Shown: in pieces, positions 28,663 to 38,031 of the stretch
How the letters are laid out: each line of letters starts with the position of its first letter
Position numbering within the stretch: the first letter of the stretch is position 1
Assembly (NCBI GenBank): GCA_964599405.1
Contig: CAZRED010000004.1
Coordinates: 1-55,361 of the forward strand
Direction of reading: 5' to 3'
DNA length: 55,361 bases
Source of the DNA: an uncultured Candidatus Saccharibacteria bacterium
Lineage (GTDB): Bacteria; Patescibacteriota; UBA1384; 2-12-FULL-50-11
Program-made: the position numbers and the translations under genes
The notes under the pieces: model-generated
Told to the model about the DNA's origin: nothing
Databases searched by the model: none
Seen by the model: only the letters and a program-made list of their open reading frames with translations

Positions 28663-29142
28663 ATGGCACAAGATTTTGATTTTAAGCGGTCCGTAATCCG
28701 ACGACCGGCTCCGGCGGTGGCTAAGCCGGCGGCTAAAAAAGCGCCGTGGTTTCTGCTGGTAGCGGTGCTTGGCCTAGCGCTGGTGGGCGGAGCATTATTT
28801 ATGCAAGCCAATCAAACCCCCACTGAAACAACCCAAACTAGTCAACCACCGGAAAATCCGGAGAATCCAGCGATTGCCGCAACGGAAGTGCAAGTCTTTG
28901 ACGGCGGCAGCGGCGAGGCTGCGGCCGCGACGCTAGTTGGCGTGATGTTAGAGAGCAACATTAACGCCCGTTACGCCGGAAAAACCTTGTCAATCTACGA
29001 AACCACCGAAATTTGGTACGACGAGGGATATAGCGAGCTGGCCACGAAAGTGGCAGCCGCGCTTTCAGACAAATCACCAAAACTCACCCAATCAAAAGTT
29101 CAGGGGGTTTTCACCGTCCAAGTGTTCGTCGGTAAAAAGTAA
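28663..29142 (+). CDS. LytR C-terminal domain membrane-anchored protein
   Basis: TM, then VQVFDGGSG...TEIWY...A..VA..L...VQVFVGK. Confidence 0.7.
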   Translation: MAQDFDFKRSVIRRPAPAVAKPAAKKAPWFLLVAVLGLALVGGALFMQANQTPTETTQTSQPPENPENPAIAATEVQVFDGGSGEAAAATLVGVMLESNINARYAGKTLSIYETTEIWYDEGYSELATKVAAALSDKSPKLTQSKVQGVFTVQVFVGKK

Positions 29143-29175
29143 GCGTTCTAACCAATCTTTTGCTAGAGTGGAAGT

Positions 29176-29682
29176 ATGTTACCGTATTCAGCTCAACGAG
29201 TCGGGGTCTTTGTTGACGTTCAAAACCTCTATTACAGCGCCCGGGCAATGTATGAAATGAACGTCAACTTCGGCAAATTGCTGCAACAAGCCAGTAACGG
29301 CCGGCAGTTAATTCGAGCTATTGCCTATGTGATTAAATCGGAAGCTCCCAAAGAGCAGGGGTTTTTCGACGCTCTCTCCAAGGCCGGCTACGAAGTAAAA
29401 AGTAAAGATATTCAAATATTTGCCGACGGGCAGAAAAAAGGGGACTGGGACATCGGCATGGCGGTGGATGCGATTAAGATTGCCGACCGCCTAGACGTCA
29501 TTGTCTTAGCTACCGGCGACGGCGATTTTATCCCGTTAGTTACTTACTTACGCGAGAACCGCGGTTGCTTGGTGGAGGGGATTTCCTTCGAACGCAGCAC
29601 CTCGGCTAAGCTACTGGAAACTCTCGACAACTTCACCGACTTGGGTGCCAACCCCAAGCAGTACATGTTTAAGAGCCACTAA
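29176..29682 (+). CDS. NYN domain protein (LabA/DUF88)
   Basis: VFVDVQNLY, KGDWDIGMAVDA, TGDGDFIPL. Confidence 0.92.
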   Translation: MLPYSAQRVGVFVDVQNLYYSARAMYEMNVNFGKLLQQASNGRQLIRAIAYVIKSEAPKEQGFFDALSKAGYEVKSKDIQIFADGQKKGDWDIGMAVDAIKIADRLDVIVLATGDGDFIPLVTYLRENRGCLVEGISFERSTSAKLLETLDNFTDLGANPKQYMFKSH

Positions 29683-30401
29683 TGTTGAAGATTCACGATT
29701 TGTCGCTGTTGCATCACCCGGTGCAGGAGTTGCTTGACGTCAACTTGTCGGTCGGTCGCGGGGAAGTTTGCGTGGTCGTTGGCCCAAACGGCGGCGGCAA
29801 AGAGCTGCTGACCCAAGTAATTGCCGACCCCAGCTGGGAGCACAGCGGCGAGATAATTATTAACCACTTCAACCTTTCTCACGATCCAGGCAAAGCTAAA
29901 TACCACCTGGGTTACGCCAGCTCCGCTATCGAGCTAGAGCCGTACCTAACGGGCTATGAACAGCTGGATTTTTGGGGCAGCGTTTTTGGCTTAGCTCCGG
30001 CCGAACGTTCCAAGAGGATTATCGAATTGTCTGGCGAATTTGGTTTTTCGGCCAACCTTTATCACTTGACCGAGGTGTTAAGTGAAGCTGATCGACAAAA
30101 AATTCGCTTGATTGCTTCGCTGCTGCATCGCCCGAGTGTGGTGGTATGGAACGAACCAACGGAATACCTGGACCCAGCCGATAAGCAGCTATTAGCCGAC
30201 TGTGTGGAACAGCTTCGTCACGACAAAAACGCCGTACTAATTGCTTGTAACGACTTGGATTTTGCTCAACATTTGGCGGATAACGTAGTGGTACTACAAA
30301 ACGGCAAAATCAGCGCCAATGGCAACATTGCCGAATTAAAAAACCAGAGCCAGGCCAGTACGAAATCCTTGGCGGAAATCTACTCGCGTCTAGTGGGGTA
30401 A
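29682..30401 (+). CDS. ABC transporter ATP-binding protein (degenerate motifs)
   Basis: GPNGGGKE, LSEADRQK, VVWNEPT..LDP. Confidence 0.8.
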   Translation: MLKIHDLSLLHHPVQELLDVNLSVGRGEVCVVVGPNGGGKELLTQVIADPSWEHSGEIIINHFNLSHDPGKAKYHLGYASSAIELEPYLTGYEQLDFWGSVFGLAPAERSKRIIELSGEFGFSANLYHLTEVLSEADRQKIRLIASLLHRPSVVVWNEPTEYLDPADKQLLADCVEQLRHDKNAVLIACNDLDFAQHLADNVVVLQNGKISANGNIAELKNQSQASTKSLAEIYSRLVG

Positions 30402-30402
30402 G

Positions 30403-31773
30403 ATGGTGGAAACTGCCCAGTTTGCCGCGAGTATCAGGGTGGCTTTTCGGCAAGCCCTAGCTAAACCCGCCACCGTTGTGAGCGGGGGAGTGTTTTTAAC
30501 GATTGTTTTCTTACTAACATTTAGCCTATCGATACTCCAGTCCTACCAACTAACAACGGTGACAGCTCAAGCGGTGCTTTACGTGATAGCGATATATGAG
30601 ATTTTTCTCGGACTCCGAGTGGGGTTGCTGCGCCTAAGCGGTAAAGAAAGTGACTACGCCATTTCGGCCAGTGGTCGGTTCTGGCGGCGGTCGCTGCCGT
30701 ACCTCGCACCAGCCTTGCTCCTACCCCTTCCGGCAGCGATGCTGCTAGCCACCAGCCAAAGTGACACATCTAGCACTGCCCTACTATTTATCAGCCTAGT
30801 CACTAGTTACCTGCAGTTTTTCCTTGCAGCCGTGGCGGCAACCGTGCTGCTGCGCCGGATCAGCAGCAATCTCTTTGCCCGGCTCACCCTGCTGGTTCTG
30901 GGGCTGCTAGCAGTGTTGCTAATACTAACTTCCAACGATTTTATATTCCGAGAAGTCTTTCTTTTTCAGAGCCAGGGCAGTCAAGCGCACATTTTATCAA
31001 TCCTCGCTCACCTTAGTGTGGCGGCGTTAGCGGTGGTAGTAATTGAGTCGCTGCTACAGTCAGTCAGAATCCGACCGCGGCTGTTCGGGCGCTTTTGGCC
31101 AGTCGGTCGTTTGTCGTTTTTGCATGGCTACGGCCAAGGTAGTAGTAGCTTTTTCCAGACCAATCGTTTGCTACTAAGGGATAGCCGCTTGCAGCGGCGC
31201 TTAGCCGCCCTGCTCCTGGGACTACTGGCCGTTGTATCTGTTTCGGTAATTGTCGCATCCATCGACGCGGCTTACCAATTTGACGGCATTGTTTGGCGGG
31301 GACTACTACTATTATTAGCAGCCGCCGCGGCTTACAACATTGCTGAAATCGCCCATTTGCGTCCCAGTTGGGCTAGTCGCCAGACACAGCTCCCGATAGT
31401 AATCACCGAGGTAGCGATTGGCAGTTGGTTCTCCGGGTTGGTCTGGCTGCTGTCCTTTATGCTGGTGATTACCGGCCTAATGGCTGGTTGGGTAACGATA
31501 GTAACCGCCGACTACGCCATTATCGCCCTGGCCGTTTTAAACCAGTACCTACTGCTGTTTGGCTGGCAAGGCAAGCTGCAAGATGCCGAGCATCAGTTGG
31601 CGGCTCGGACAATCGTCTTTTTAATGGCCGCCCTAATTGGGCTGGTACCTTTGGCAGTTTGGTCGATCGCCCCACTGCCGACAATTCTCATCATCCAACT
31701 ATTTTGGCTGCTGCTAACGGGCGTTTTATTGCAAGCTACTAAAAAATCCTTCGAAGGAGTGCGTTATGCTTAA
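30403..31773 (+). CDS. Polytopic membrane protein (putative ABC permease)
   Basis: Many hydrophobic segments; directly follows the ABC ATPase. Confidence 0.65.
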   Translation: MVETAQFAASIRVAFRQALAKPATVVSGGVFLTIVFLLTFSLSILQSYQLTTVTAQAVLYVIAIYEIFLGLRVGLLRLSGKESDYAISASGRFWRRSLPYLAPALLLPLPAAMLLATSQSDTSSTALLFISLVTSYLQFFLAAVAATVLLRRISSNLFARLTLLVLGLLAVLLILTSNDFIFREVFLFQSQGSQAHILSILAHLSVAALAVVVIESLLQSVRIRPRLFGRFWPVGRLSFLHGYGQGSSSFFQTNRLLLRDSRLQRRLAALLLGLLAVVSVSVIVASIDAAYQFDGIVWRGLLLLLAAAAAYNIAEIAHLRPSWASRQTQLPIVITEVAIGSWFSGLVWLLSFMLVITGLMAGWVTIVTADYAIIALAVLNQYLLLFGWQGKLQDAEHQLAARTIVFLMAALIGLVPLAVWSIAPLPTILIIQLFWLLLTGVLLQATKKSFEGVRYA

Positions 31774-31833
31774 GGTTGTTATCTGGATTACGGTTATTTT
31801 CTTGTTACTTGGGTCGGTGGTATTTTTCCTTTA

Positions 31834-33207
31834 ATGCCAAACATCGTCCTCCCTGGCTGGATAATCCGGCTGGCCAACCAATTCAAACAAGAGCGGAAAG
31901 ATTTTTATGTGGTGGGGGGAGCATTGCGCGACCAGCTGCTGGGCCGAGCTCACAGCGAGTGGGATGCTGCGACCAACGCCACGCCTGACGAAGTTATTGA
32001 GCTACTCCGCCAGGCGAAAGCCAAGGCGATTGGAACGGTTGGGAAGCGGTTTGGCACTGTTACCGCCAGTTTCGTTGGTGAGCCAGTGGAAATTACCACC
32101 TATCGCAGCGAAAAGTATGCCGAAGATTCCCGTCAGCCGGAGGTAAAATTTGGCGACAATATTGAAGACGACTTAGCTAGACGGGACTTTACCATTAACG
32201 CCTTAGCCTACGACCCAATTGCCAAAAAACTGATTGATTCTGTTGGTGGTCAGGAAGATTTGGCCGGGAAGCTAATTCGAGCCGTTGGTAGCCCCCGAGA
32301 GCGTTTTCACGAAGACCCACTGCGCATGTTGCGAGCCGTCCGCTTTGCTAATGAACTGGATTTCACGATTGAGCGAGCGACTTTTCAAGCAATTAGTAAC
32401 GAGAAAGAACGTTTTGCGATTTTATCGGTGGAGCGAATCCAACAAGAATTAAATAAAATCTTGCTGTCGGACAAACCCAGCCAGGGGATAGAACTACTCC
32501 GAGAGACCGGTCTAATTGCTTACATATTGCCGGAGCTGCTGCCGTCGATTGACATCGAGTTTGACCCGCGAGAACACAAAGATATCTACCACCACATCCT
32601 CCAGGTGCTCGACAATACGCCGCCGAAATTGGAGCTGCGTTGGTGCGCCCTGTTGCACGATATCGCCAAACCGCTGACACGCAAGAAAATCGGCGGGGAG
32701 TATCACTTCCTGGGACATGAGAATGTTGGCGCCAAGATGGCTAAACAAATTTTAGCTCGGTTGCGTTACCCAAATGATTTCATCAGTTATGTATCCCAGT
32801 TGGTTTATTTACATCAACGGATTCCGAACGATGCCGGAGATTGGAGCGATGGGGCAGTCCGGCGGTTTGTTCGTGATGCCGGCGTTGCACTTGACGATTT
32901 GTTTACTTTCGCCGAAGCCGATTCCACCGGCAAAAACGAGCGGAAAAACGAAACCTATCGGGCCCGTCGTGCAAAGCTGCGCGACCGGATTACCGAGCTG
33001 GAAAAACTAGCAGAGATCGCCAAAATTAAAAGCCCACTGTCGGGCGTTGAACTAATAGAGCTGTTTCACCGACCGGCTGGACCGTGGATTAAACCGATCA
33101 AGGAAGAATTATTGCGTTTAACGATTGAAGGGGAGCTTGGCGTTGACGATAAAGAAAAGGCCAAGGTAATTGCCAAAAAGTTAATTCAAAGCAATACTGG
33201 TAGGTAG
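31834..33207 (+). CDS. cca: CCA tRNA nucleotidyltransferase, HD-domain type
   Basis: VGGALRD, DLARRDFTINA, EDPLRMLRAVRF, LLHDIAKP. Confidence 0.92.
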   Translation: MPNIVLPGWIIRLANQFKQERKDFYVVGGALRDQLLGRAHSEWDAATNATPDEVIELLRQAKAKAIGTVGKRFGTVTASFVGEPVEITTYRSEKYAEDSRQPEVKFGDNIEDDLARRDFTINALAYDPIAKKLIDSVGGQEDLAGKLIRAVGSPRERFHEDPLRMLRAVRFANELDFTIERATFQAISNEKERFAILSVERIQQELNKILLSDKPSQGIELLRETGLIAYILPELLPSIDIEFDPREHKDIYHHILQVLDNTPPKLELRWCALLHDIAKPLTRKKIGGEYHFLGHENVGAKMAKQILARLRYPNDFISYVSQLVYLHQRIPNDAGDWSDGAVRRFVRDAGVALDDLFTFAEADSTGKNERKNETYRARRAKLRDRITELEKLAEIAKIKSPLSGVELIELFHRPAGPWIKPIKEELLRLTIEGELGVDDKEKAKVIAKKLIQSNTGR

Positions 33208-33215
33208 GGGGATCC

Positions 33216-34328
33216 GTGTGGAACAGGTTTAGTTATTTTATTCAAACTCACCGCAAAGCCGTGCTAATTGGCACGCCGATTGTTTTGGTGTTGTTATTTG
33301 CCGGGATTGTCGGATTAGTGCGCTACTTTGGAAACGATAAAGAAGCGGTACCGCCCAACGTGATCAATCAAGAGGTGGTCGCGCCAGTACTAGTACCGCA
33401 CTTGCTCAACGGTGTGTTGGTTGAGTCGGCAATTGCCAATCGTCACCCGGTGGCGGCAATGATTGAAAACTCCACCGCCGCCCGCCCACAGGTAGGCTTA
33501 ACTTCAGCGGATATCGTCTACGAAGCGGTTTCGGAAGGCGGTATTACCCGATTTATGCCAGTTTACTCGCAGACTTACCCGGAAAAAGCCGGACCAATTC
33601 GCTCGGCCCGCAGCTATTTTATTGATTGGTTAAGCGAATTTGATGCCTTTTATGTGCACGCTGGTGGTTCGCCGACGGCCCTAGCTCGGATTGGCACTTA
33701 CGGCATTAAAGACTACCCCCACAGCACCGACGGCACCTACAACCGCGAGTCTTTACCGGGGGTGGCTTCAGAGCACACTTTGTTTGCCAACATTGCCAAA
33801 ATTTATGAAAACGGCGTGGCTAAGAAGGGTTGGAGTGCCACCGCCGACTTTATTAGCTGGAAGTTTAAAGACCCGGAAAAAACGATTGCCCTGGGAGGAA
33901 CGCTAAATATTAACTTTTCTTCCGCCCAGTTTGCCGTTCAGTGGAACTTCGACAAAATCACCAATACTTATGTCCGGACCATGGCCGGGGTTGCCCATAA
34001 AGATCGTTTGAGCGGTGAACAGATTACCGCCAAAACCGTTATCGCCATGACGGTACAGCGCTCGGCCAATGCCGCCTATTCAACCGGCAAAGAATCGGAG
34101 TGGAATATGACAACCATCGGCAGCGGTAATGCCTCGGTCTTCATTGATGGCAAACAAATTCGCGGCACCTGGAGCAAGCCATCGCGAACCGCTCGCACGG
34201 TATTTCTTGACGAACTCGGCGCTGAAATTACCCTTAATCGCGGTAAGATTTGGGTAGAGATTGTCCCGCAGACCGGCTCCTATACATTCACCGCCGAAAC
34301 CCCGCCGGCCCCTCCCGCCACTCCATAA
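33216..34328 (+). CDS. DUF3048 domain protein
   Basis: MIENS..ARPQ.GL..AD.VYE..EGGITRF, GPIRSAR, HAGGS. Confidence 0.9.
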   Translation: MWNRFSYFIQTHRKAVLIGTPIVLVLLFAGIVGLVRYFGNDKEAVPPNVINQEVVAPVLVPHLLNGVLVESAIANRHPVAAMIENSTAARPQVGLTSADIVYEAVSEGGITRFMPVYSQTYPEKAGPIRSARSYFIDWLSEFDAFYVHAGGSPTALARIGTYGIKDYPHSTDGTYNRESLPGVASEHTLFANIAKIYENGVAKKGWSATADFISWKFKDPEKTIALGGTLNINFSSAQFAVQWNFDKITNTYVRTMAGVAHKDRLSGEQITAKTVIAMTVQRSANAAYSTGKESEWNMTTIGSGNASVFIDGKQIRGTWSKPSRTARTVFLDELGAEITLNRGKIWVEIVPQTGSYTFTAETPPAPPATP

Positions 34329-34336
34329 CAGGTGAC

Positions 34337-34462
34337 GGGGAAAGTTCTTTTCGCGACCGCTCGTCGCCTCCAGTGGGCTCCTCGCTTAATTCCTCGGCGA
34401 ATTTTCCGCCGCGGCGGAAACCAAGCAATTCGCCTGCGTACGTCGCTGCAAAGAATTTCCCC
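34337..34462. repeat. Long nested palindromic element (REP/MITE-like)
   Basis: ggggaaagttcttt/aaagaatttcccc ends; inner ggcgaatt/aattcgcc and ttccgcc/ggcggaa stems. Confidence 0.5.
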
Positions 34463-34490
34463 TTACACCGCAAGGGATATATTAACCACC

Positions 34491-34518
34491 AAAAAAGACC
34501 CCTTGCGGGGTCCTTTTT
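34491..34518. terminator. Bidirectional intrinsic terminator
   Basis: aaaaaagacccc-ttgc-ggggtccttttt between convergent genes. Confidence 0.7.
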
Positions 34519-34531
34519 GTCATTTCGGGTT

Positions 34532-35164
34532 TTAACCCTCAATGCTCTTAGCGATTGACAAGACTTTATAGACGTAGCTCATCGAATTGTTGTAGCGAAG
34601 CAATGCTCGCACAACGTCTCCGCCGGCTGCACCGTTGCTGGCCAAAAGTTTGGCCGAGCCATGGAGACAGTCCGGGGCATACGTCACGTCTTTAACGCCG
34701 TCGCCGTTACCGTCGGACGCGTAAGCTCGCCAGGTTCCTGGCATAAACTGACACGGTCCACGGGCACCGGCATACGAAGTAACGGTTGTTCGCCATCGTT
34801 TACCTGACTCTACTTGCCAAACGGCTTCGAGAATTTTCCAGTCGATGCCATGAGCAGCGGCTACTTGTTGAACAAGGACGCGCTTGCCGGCAAGATCAGG
34901 TTCCGGTGCGTAGTTACCAGTTTGGGCAACTTGAACGACCGGACGCGGTGTTGCAACCTTTGTAGGCGCAACAGCCACGGGCATGATGACAACAACGTTT
35001 TCAACGCTGACGATATCTGCCGTCAAACTTTTCAATTTAACGGTTGACGTCACCGATTCATGAGCCTCGGCCAATTCAGTTTGGTTGAGCTTACCAGCCG
35101 GCATAACCAGCGGAACAGCCACCAACAGTAGGCCAATGCCCTTAACGGTTGTCTTATTTGTCAA
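34532..35164 (-). CDS. Secreted lytic transglycosylase (SLT / MltB-like)
   Basis: AVWQVES catalytic Glu, SYAGARGPCQFMPGTW, DGNGDG, YNNS..YV; TTG 35164 follows AAGGAGG (alternative start 35197). Confidence 0.85.
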   Translation of the reverse strand: MTNKTTVKGIGLLLVAVPLVMPAGKLNQTELAEAHESVTSTVKLKSLTADIVSVENVVVIMPVAVAPTKVATPRPVVQVAQTGNYAPEPDLAGKRVLVQQVAAAHGIDWKILEAVWQVESGKRWRTTVTSYAGARGPCQFMPGTWRAYASDGNGDGVKDVTYAPDCLHGSAKLLASNGAAGGDVVRALLRYNNSMSYVYKVLSIAKSIEG

Positions 35165-35391
35165 AGTGCTAAGAACCCTCCTTGAGATCTCCGCCAATGC
35201 GGGGAGATGACAAAGATAGTTATAAATTTTTCATCACTCCTTATCTTGTTTGCCGACAATGCGGCCCTTCTCGGTTACACTTTGGTGCTTGTTGCCAAGC
35301 GGAAAAGCTTCCCGAAAGAAGTTAGGGAATTATACCTGATTAAGTAGGATAGTCAAGGAGTTGGAGGCGGTTTTTGTGCTAGGATGCGCAC

Positions 35392-35724
35392 ATGGAAACC
35401 TGCCTATTCTGCCAAATTATTGCTGGAGATCTACCGAGTGAAAAAGTGTTAGAAACTGCTCACTATGTCGCTTTCAAAGATATCCATCCGAAAGCGCCGG
35501 TTCACGTGTTGCTAGTGCCGAAACGGCACGTTGAACGGCCGGAAGAGCTGCGCGCCGAAGAAATCCACGACATGCTACTCGGTAGCGAAGAAGTTGCCCA
35601 AATCCTGGGAGTCAAAGAAACTGGCTATCGGTTACTCTTCAATGTCGGCCAACACGCCGGTCAGGTCATTGATCACGTTCACCTGCACCTGCTGGGTGGC
35701 CAACAGTCCGGTTCAATGTATTAA
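35392..35724 (+). CDS. HIT family nucleotide-binding protein
   Basis: CLFC, DIHPKAPVH, HVHLHLL. Confidence 0.95.
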   Translation: METCLFCQIIAGDLPSEKVLETAHYVAFKDIHPKAPVHVLLVPKRHVERPEELRAEEIHDMLLGSEEVAQILGVKETGYRLLFNVGQHAGQVIDHVHLHLLGGQQSGSMY

Positions 35725-35756
35725 CACCTACAGAGTTTTTTGCTAGAATTAACCCA

Positions 35757-35951
35757 ATGTCTGAACTAGAACGCCGCGAAGCTCCGTCTGTCGAAGTCCA
35801 ACTTCGCCGTTTTTTCCGTGATATCCAACAGTCTGATTTAATGACAGAGATTAAACGTCGCCGCTACTTCGAGAAAAAGCCGTCCCGCAACGCCCGCCGC
35901 TCGGCTGCCCACGGTAAAGAAATCCGCCGCCGCGAGAAGCGAGGCTACTAA
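35757..35951 (+). CDS. rpsU: 30S ribosomal protein S21
   Basis: LRRF...EIKRRRYFEKKPS; HIT-rpsU-yqeY-ybeY synteny. Confidence 0.8.
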   Translation: MSELERREAPSVEVQLRRFFRDIQQSDLMTEIKRRRYFEKKPSRNARRSAAHGKEIRRREKRGY

Positions 35952-36392
35952 ATGTCCTTGCGACAACGTCTGGAAGACGACCTGCTCGCCGCCATCAAAG
36001 CTAGAGATGAACTGCCCCGGGAAGTTTTGCGTGGCCTGAAAAGCGCCATTAAAAACCAGGAAATCGAACTGCAAACTGGCGAACTTAACGACACCGAGAT
36101 CGAACAAGTAGTGGCTAGAGAGGCTAAGCGCCGCCGGGAATCAATCGTTGCCTACGACCAGGCTGGCAAGCCGGAATTGGCTGAACAAGAAAAAACCGAG
36201 TTAACGATTCTGGAATCGTACCTGCCCGAGCAAATCAACGAAGAAAAAATTGCCGAACTTGTTAAAGCCGCTGTCGCTGAACTGGGAGAGAATGCCAACA
36301 TCGGCTCGGTCATGGGCAAGCTCGGTCCACAGTTGAAGGGCAAGGCCGATATGGGCCTGGTATCCCACCTCGTCAATCAAGAACTTCAGTAA
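35952..36392 (+). CDS. GatB/YqeY domain protein
   Basis: REAKRRRESI..Y, E..ILESYLPEQ, GSVMG. Confidence 0.92.
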   Translation: MSLRQRLEDDLLAAIKARDELPREVLRGLKSAIKNQEIELQTGELNDTEIEQVVAREAKRRRESIVAYDQAGKPELAEQEKTELTILESYLPEQINEEKIAELVKAAVAELGENANIGSVMGKLGPQLKGKADMGLVSHLVNQELQ

Positions 36393-36761
36393 ATGAACGG
36401 TATCGTCGTTGCCTTTAAGAACGAGACCGCTACCCGCATTAACGAAAAGCCCCTTAAAGAGACCTGCTCTCTTATCTTGCGACGCCTGAACCAGCTTGGT
36501 ACTGTAGAGATTGAGCTAATAGTAGTGGGAGATCAAAAAATTAAATCATTAAATAAACAGTATCGACAGGTTAACAAACCATCCGACGTTCTAAGCTTCC
36601 CGGCTACAGACGACAAGAAAACGACCCTATTGGGATCGATTGTTATTTCTGTTGACACTGCCGCCATTCAGGCCAAACAAGCTGGAATCTCCCTTGAACA
36701 AGAACTGCGCACCCTAACTGGCCACGGCTTTTTGCATCTGCTTGGTTATCATCACCGCTAA
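36393..36761 (+). CDS. ybeY: rRNA maturation RNase YbeY
   Basis: LNKQYR..KPSDVLSFP, HGFLHLLGYHH. Confidence 0.95.
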   Translation: MNGIVVAFKNETATRINEKPLKETCSLILRRLNQLGTVEIELIVVGDQKIKSLNKQYRQVNKPSDVLSFPATDDKKTTLLGSIVISVDTAAIQAKQAGISLEQELRTLTGHGFLHLLGYHHR

Positions 36762-36782
36762 TGACCAGAGGGGGCAGCTAAA

Positions 36783-38021
36783 ATGGCGCGCGACCAATAC
36801 TACGTCGGACTAGATGTAGGAACTTCCAAAATTGTGGTAACGGTGGCGACTGTCCACGAAGGTGAAACCCAAGTCATCGCCCTAGCGTCCGTTGGCCATA
36901 ACGGTGTGCGCAAAGGGGTTGTCAGCGACGTTGAAGAAACTGTTAGTGCCATTTCCCATGCCCTAGAGGAAGCCGAGCGTGTTGCGGGAATCCAAATTAG
37001 TCATGCCTATGTCTCCGTTTCCGGTGCTTCCGTTGAGGCGATTCCCGCCCGCGGTGTTGTAGCCGTCTCCAAACCGAGCGGTGAAATTGATGTGTCCGAC
37101 GTTGAGCGAGTGCTGGACGCAGCCCGAGCTTCCACCTTACCGCAAAACCGCGAACTAATTCACTTATTTCCGGTTCAGTACCTAATTGATGGCCAAATTC
37201 AGGAACGCGACCCAGTCGGGATGAATGGGGTACGCCTAGAAGTGGACGCCTTAATTATTAGCTCCACATCGGCAGCGATGCGTAACTTAACGAAAGCCGT
37301 TTATCAATCCGGTTTGGAGATTGACGGGATTGTTTATGCACCACTCGCCGATGCCCGAATATTAACCGGCAAAAAACAGCGGGAAACTGGCGTAGTGGTG
37401 GTGGATATCGGCGCCGGCTCTACCGACCTAGCAGTGTTTGAAGAGGGGCAGCTGATTCATGTTTGCTCTATTCCGATTGGTTCAACCCATATTACCAACG
37501 ATATTGCGATCGGTTTGCGAACCAACCTTGACATCGCTGAGGCAATTAAGGTTAAGTACGGACATGCCCAACCGGACAAAGTTCGGGAAGGCGAGCAAAT
37601 TAATTTGTCCGCATTCGACCCGGCGGAAAATGAGCGGATTTCCCGCAAACATATCGCCGAGATTATCGATGCCCGAACTAGCGAGATTTTTCATTTAGTG
37701 AAAGAGGAGCTGCAGAAGGTCGGCAAAGATGGGTTGTTACCAGCTGGGGTAATTTTTACCGGCGGCGGCAGCGACCTGGAAGGGATTACCGAAGCGGCTA
37801 AAGACGTACTCCGTCTACCGGCAGCGATCGGCTACCCGCAGCAAACGCTTTCGGGAATGATTGACAAGATTGATAGTCCGATATACGCTACCAGCGTTGG
37901 ACTCGTGCTCTGGGCAATTGAAGAGTCTGGAAGCAGAGACGCACCTTGGCGGTTCAATATCGGTAAATTTGGGGGGGTGGTTGACCGATTTAGAGGAATT
38001 TTTAAGAATTTTACAAACTAA
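36783..38021 (+). CDS. ftsA: Cell division protein FtsA
   Basis: GLDVGTSK, DIGAGSTD, TGGGS; precedes ftsZ. Confidence 0.96.
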   Translation: MARDQYYVGLDVGTSKIVVTVATVHEGETQVIALASVGHNGVRKGVVSDVEETVSAISHALEEAERVAGIQISHAYVSVSGASVEAIPARGVVAVSKPSGEIDVSDVERVLDAARASTLPQNRELIHLFPVQYLIDGQIQERDPVGMNGVRLEVDALIISSTSAAMRNLTKAVYQSGLEIDGIVYAPLADARILTGKKQRETGVVVVDIGAGSTDLAVFEEGQLIHVCSIPIGSTHITNDIAIGLRTNLDIAEAIKVKYGHAQPDKVREGEQINLSAFDPAENERISRKHIAEIIDARTSEIFHLVKEELQKVGKDGLLPAGVIFTGGGSDLEGITEAAKDVLRLPAAIGYPQQTLSGMIDKIDSPIYATSVGLVLWAIEESGSRDAPWRFNIGKFGGVVDRFRGIFKNFTN

Positions 38022-38031
38022 CTACTAGGTT

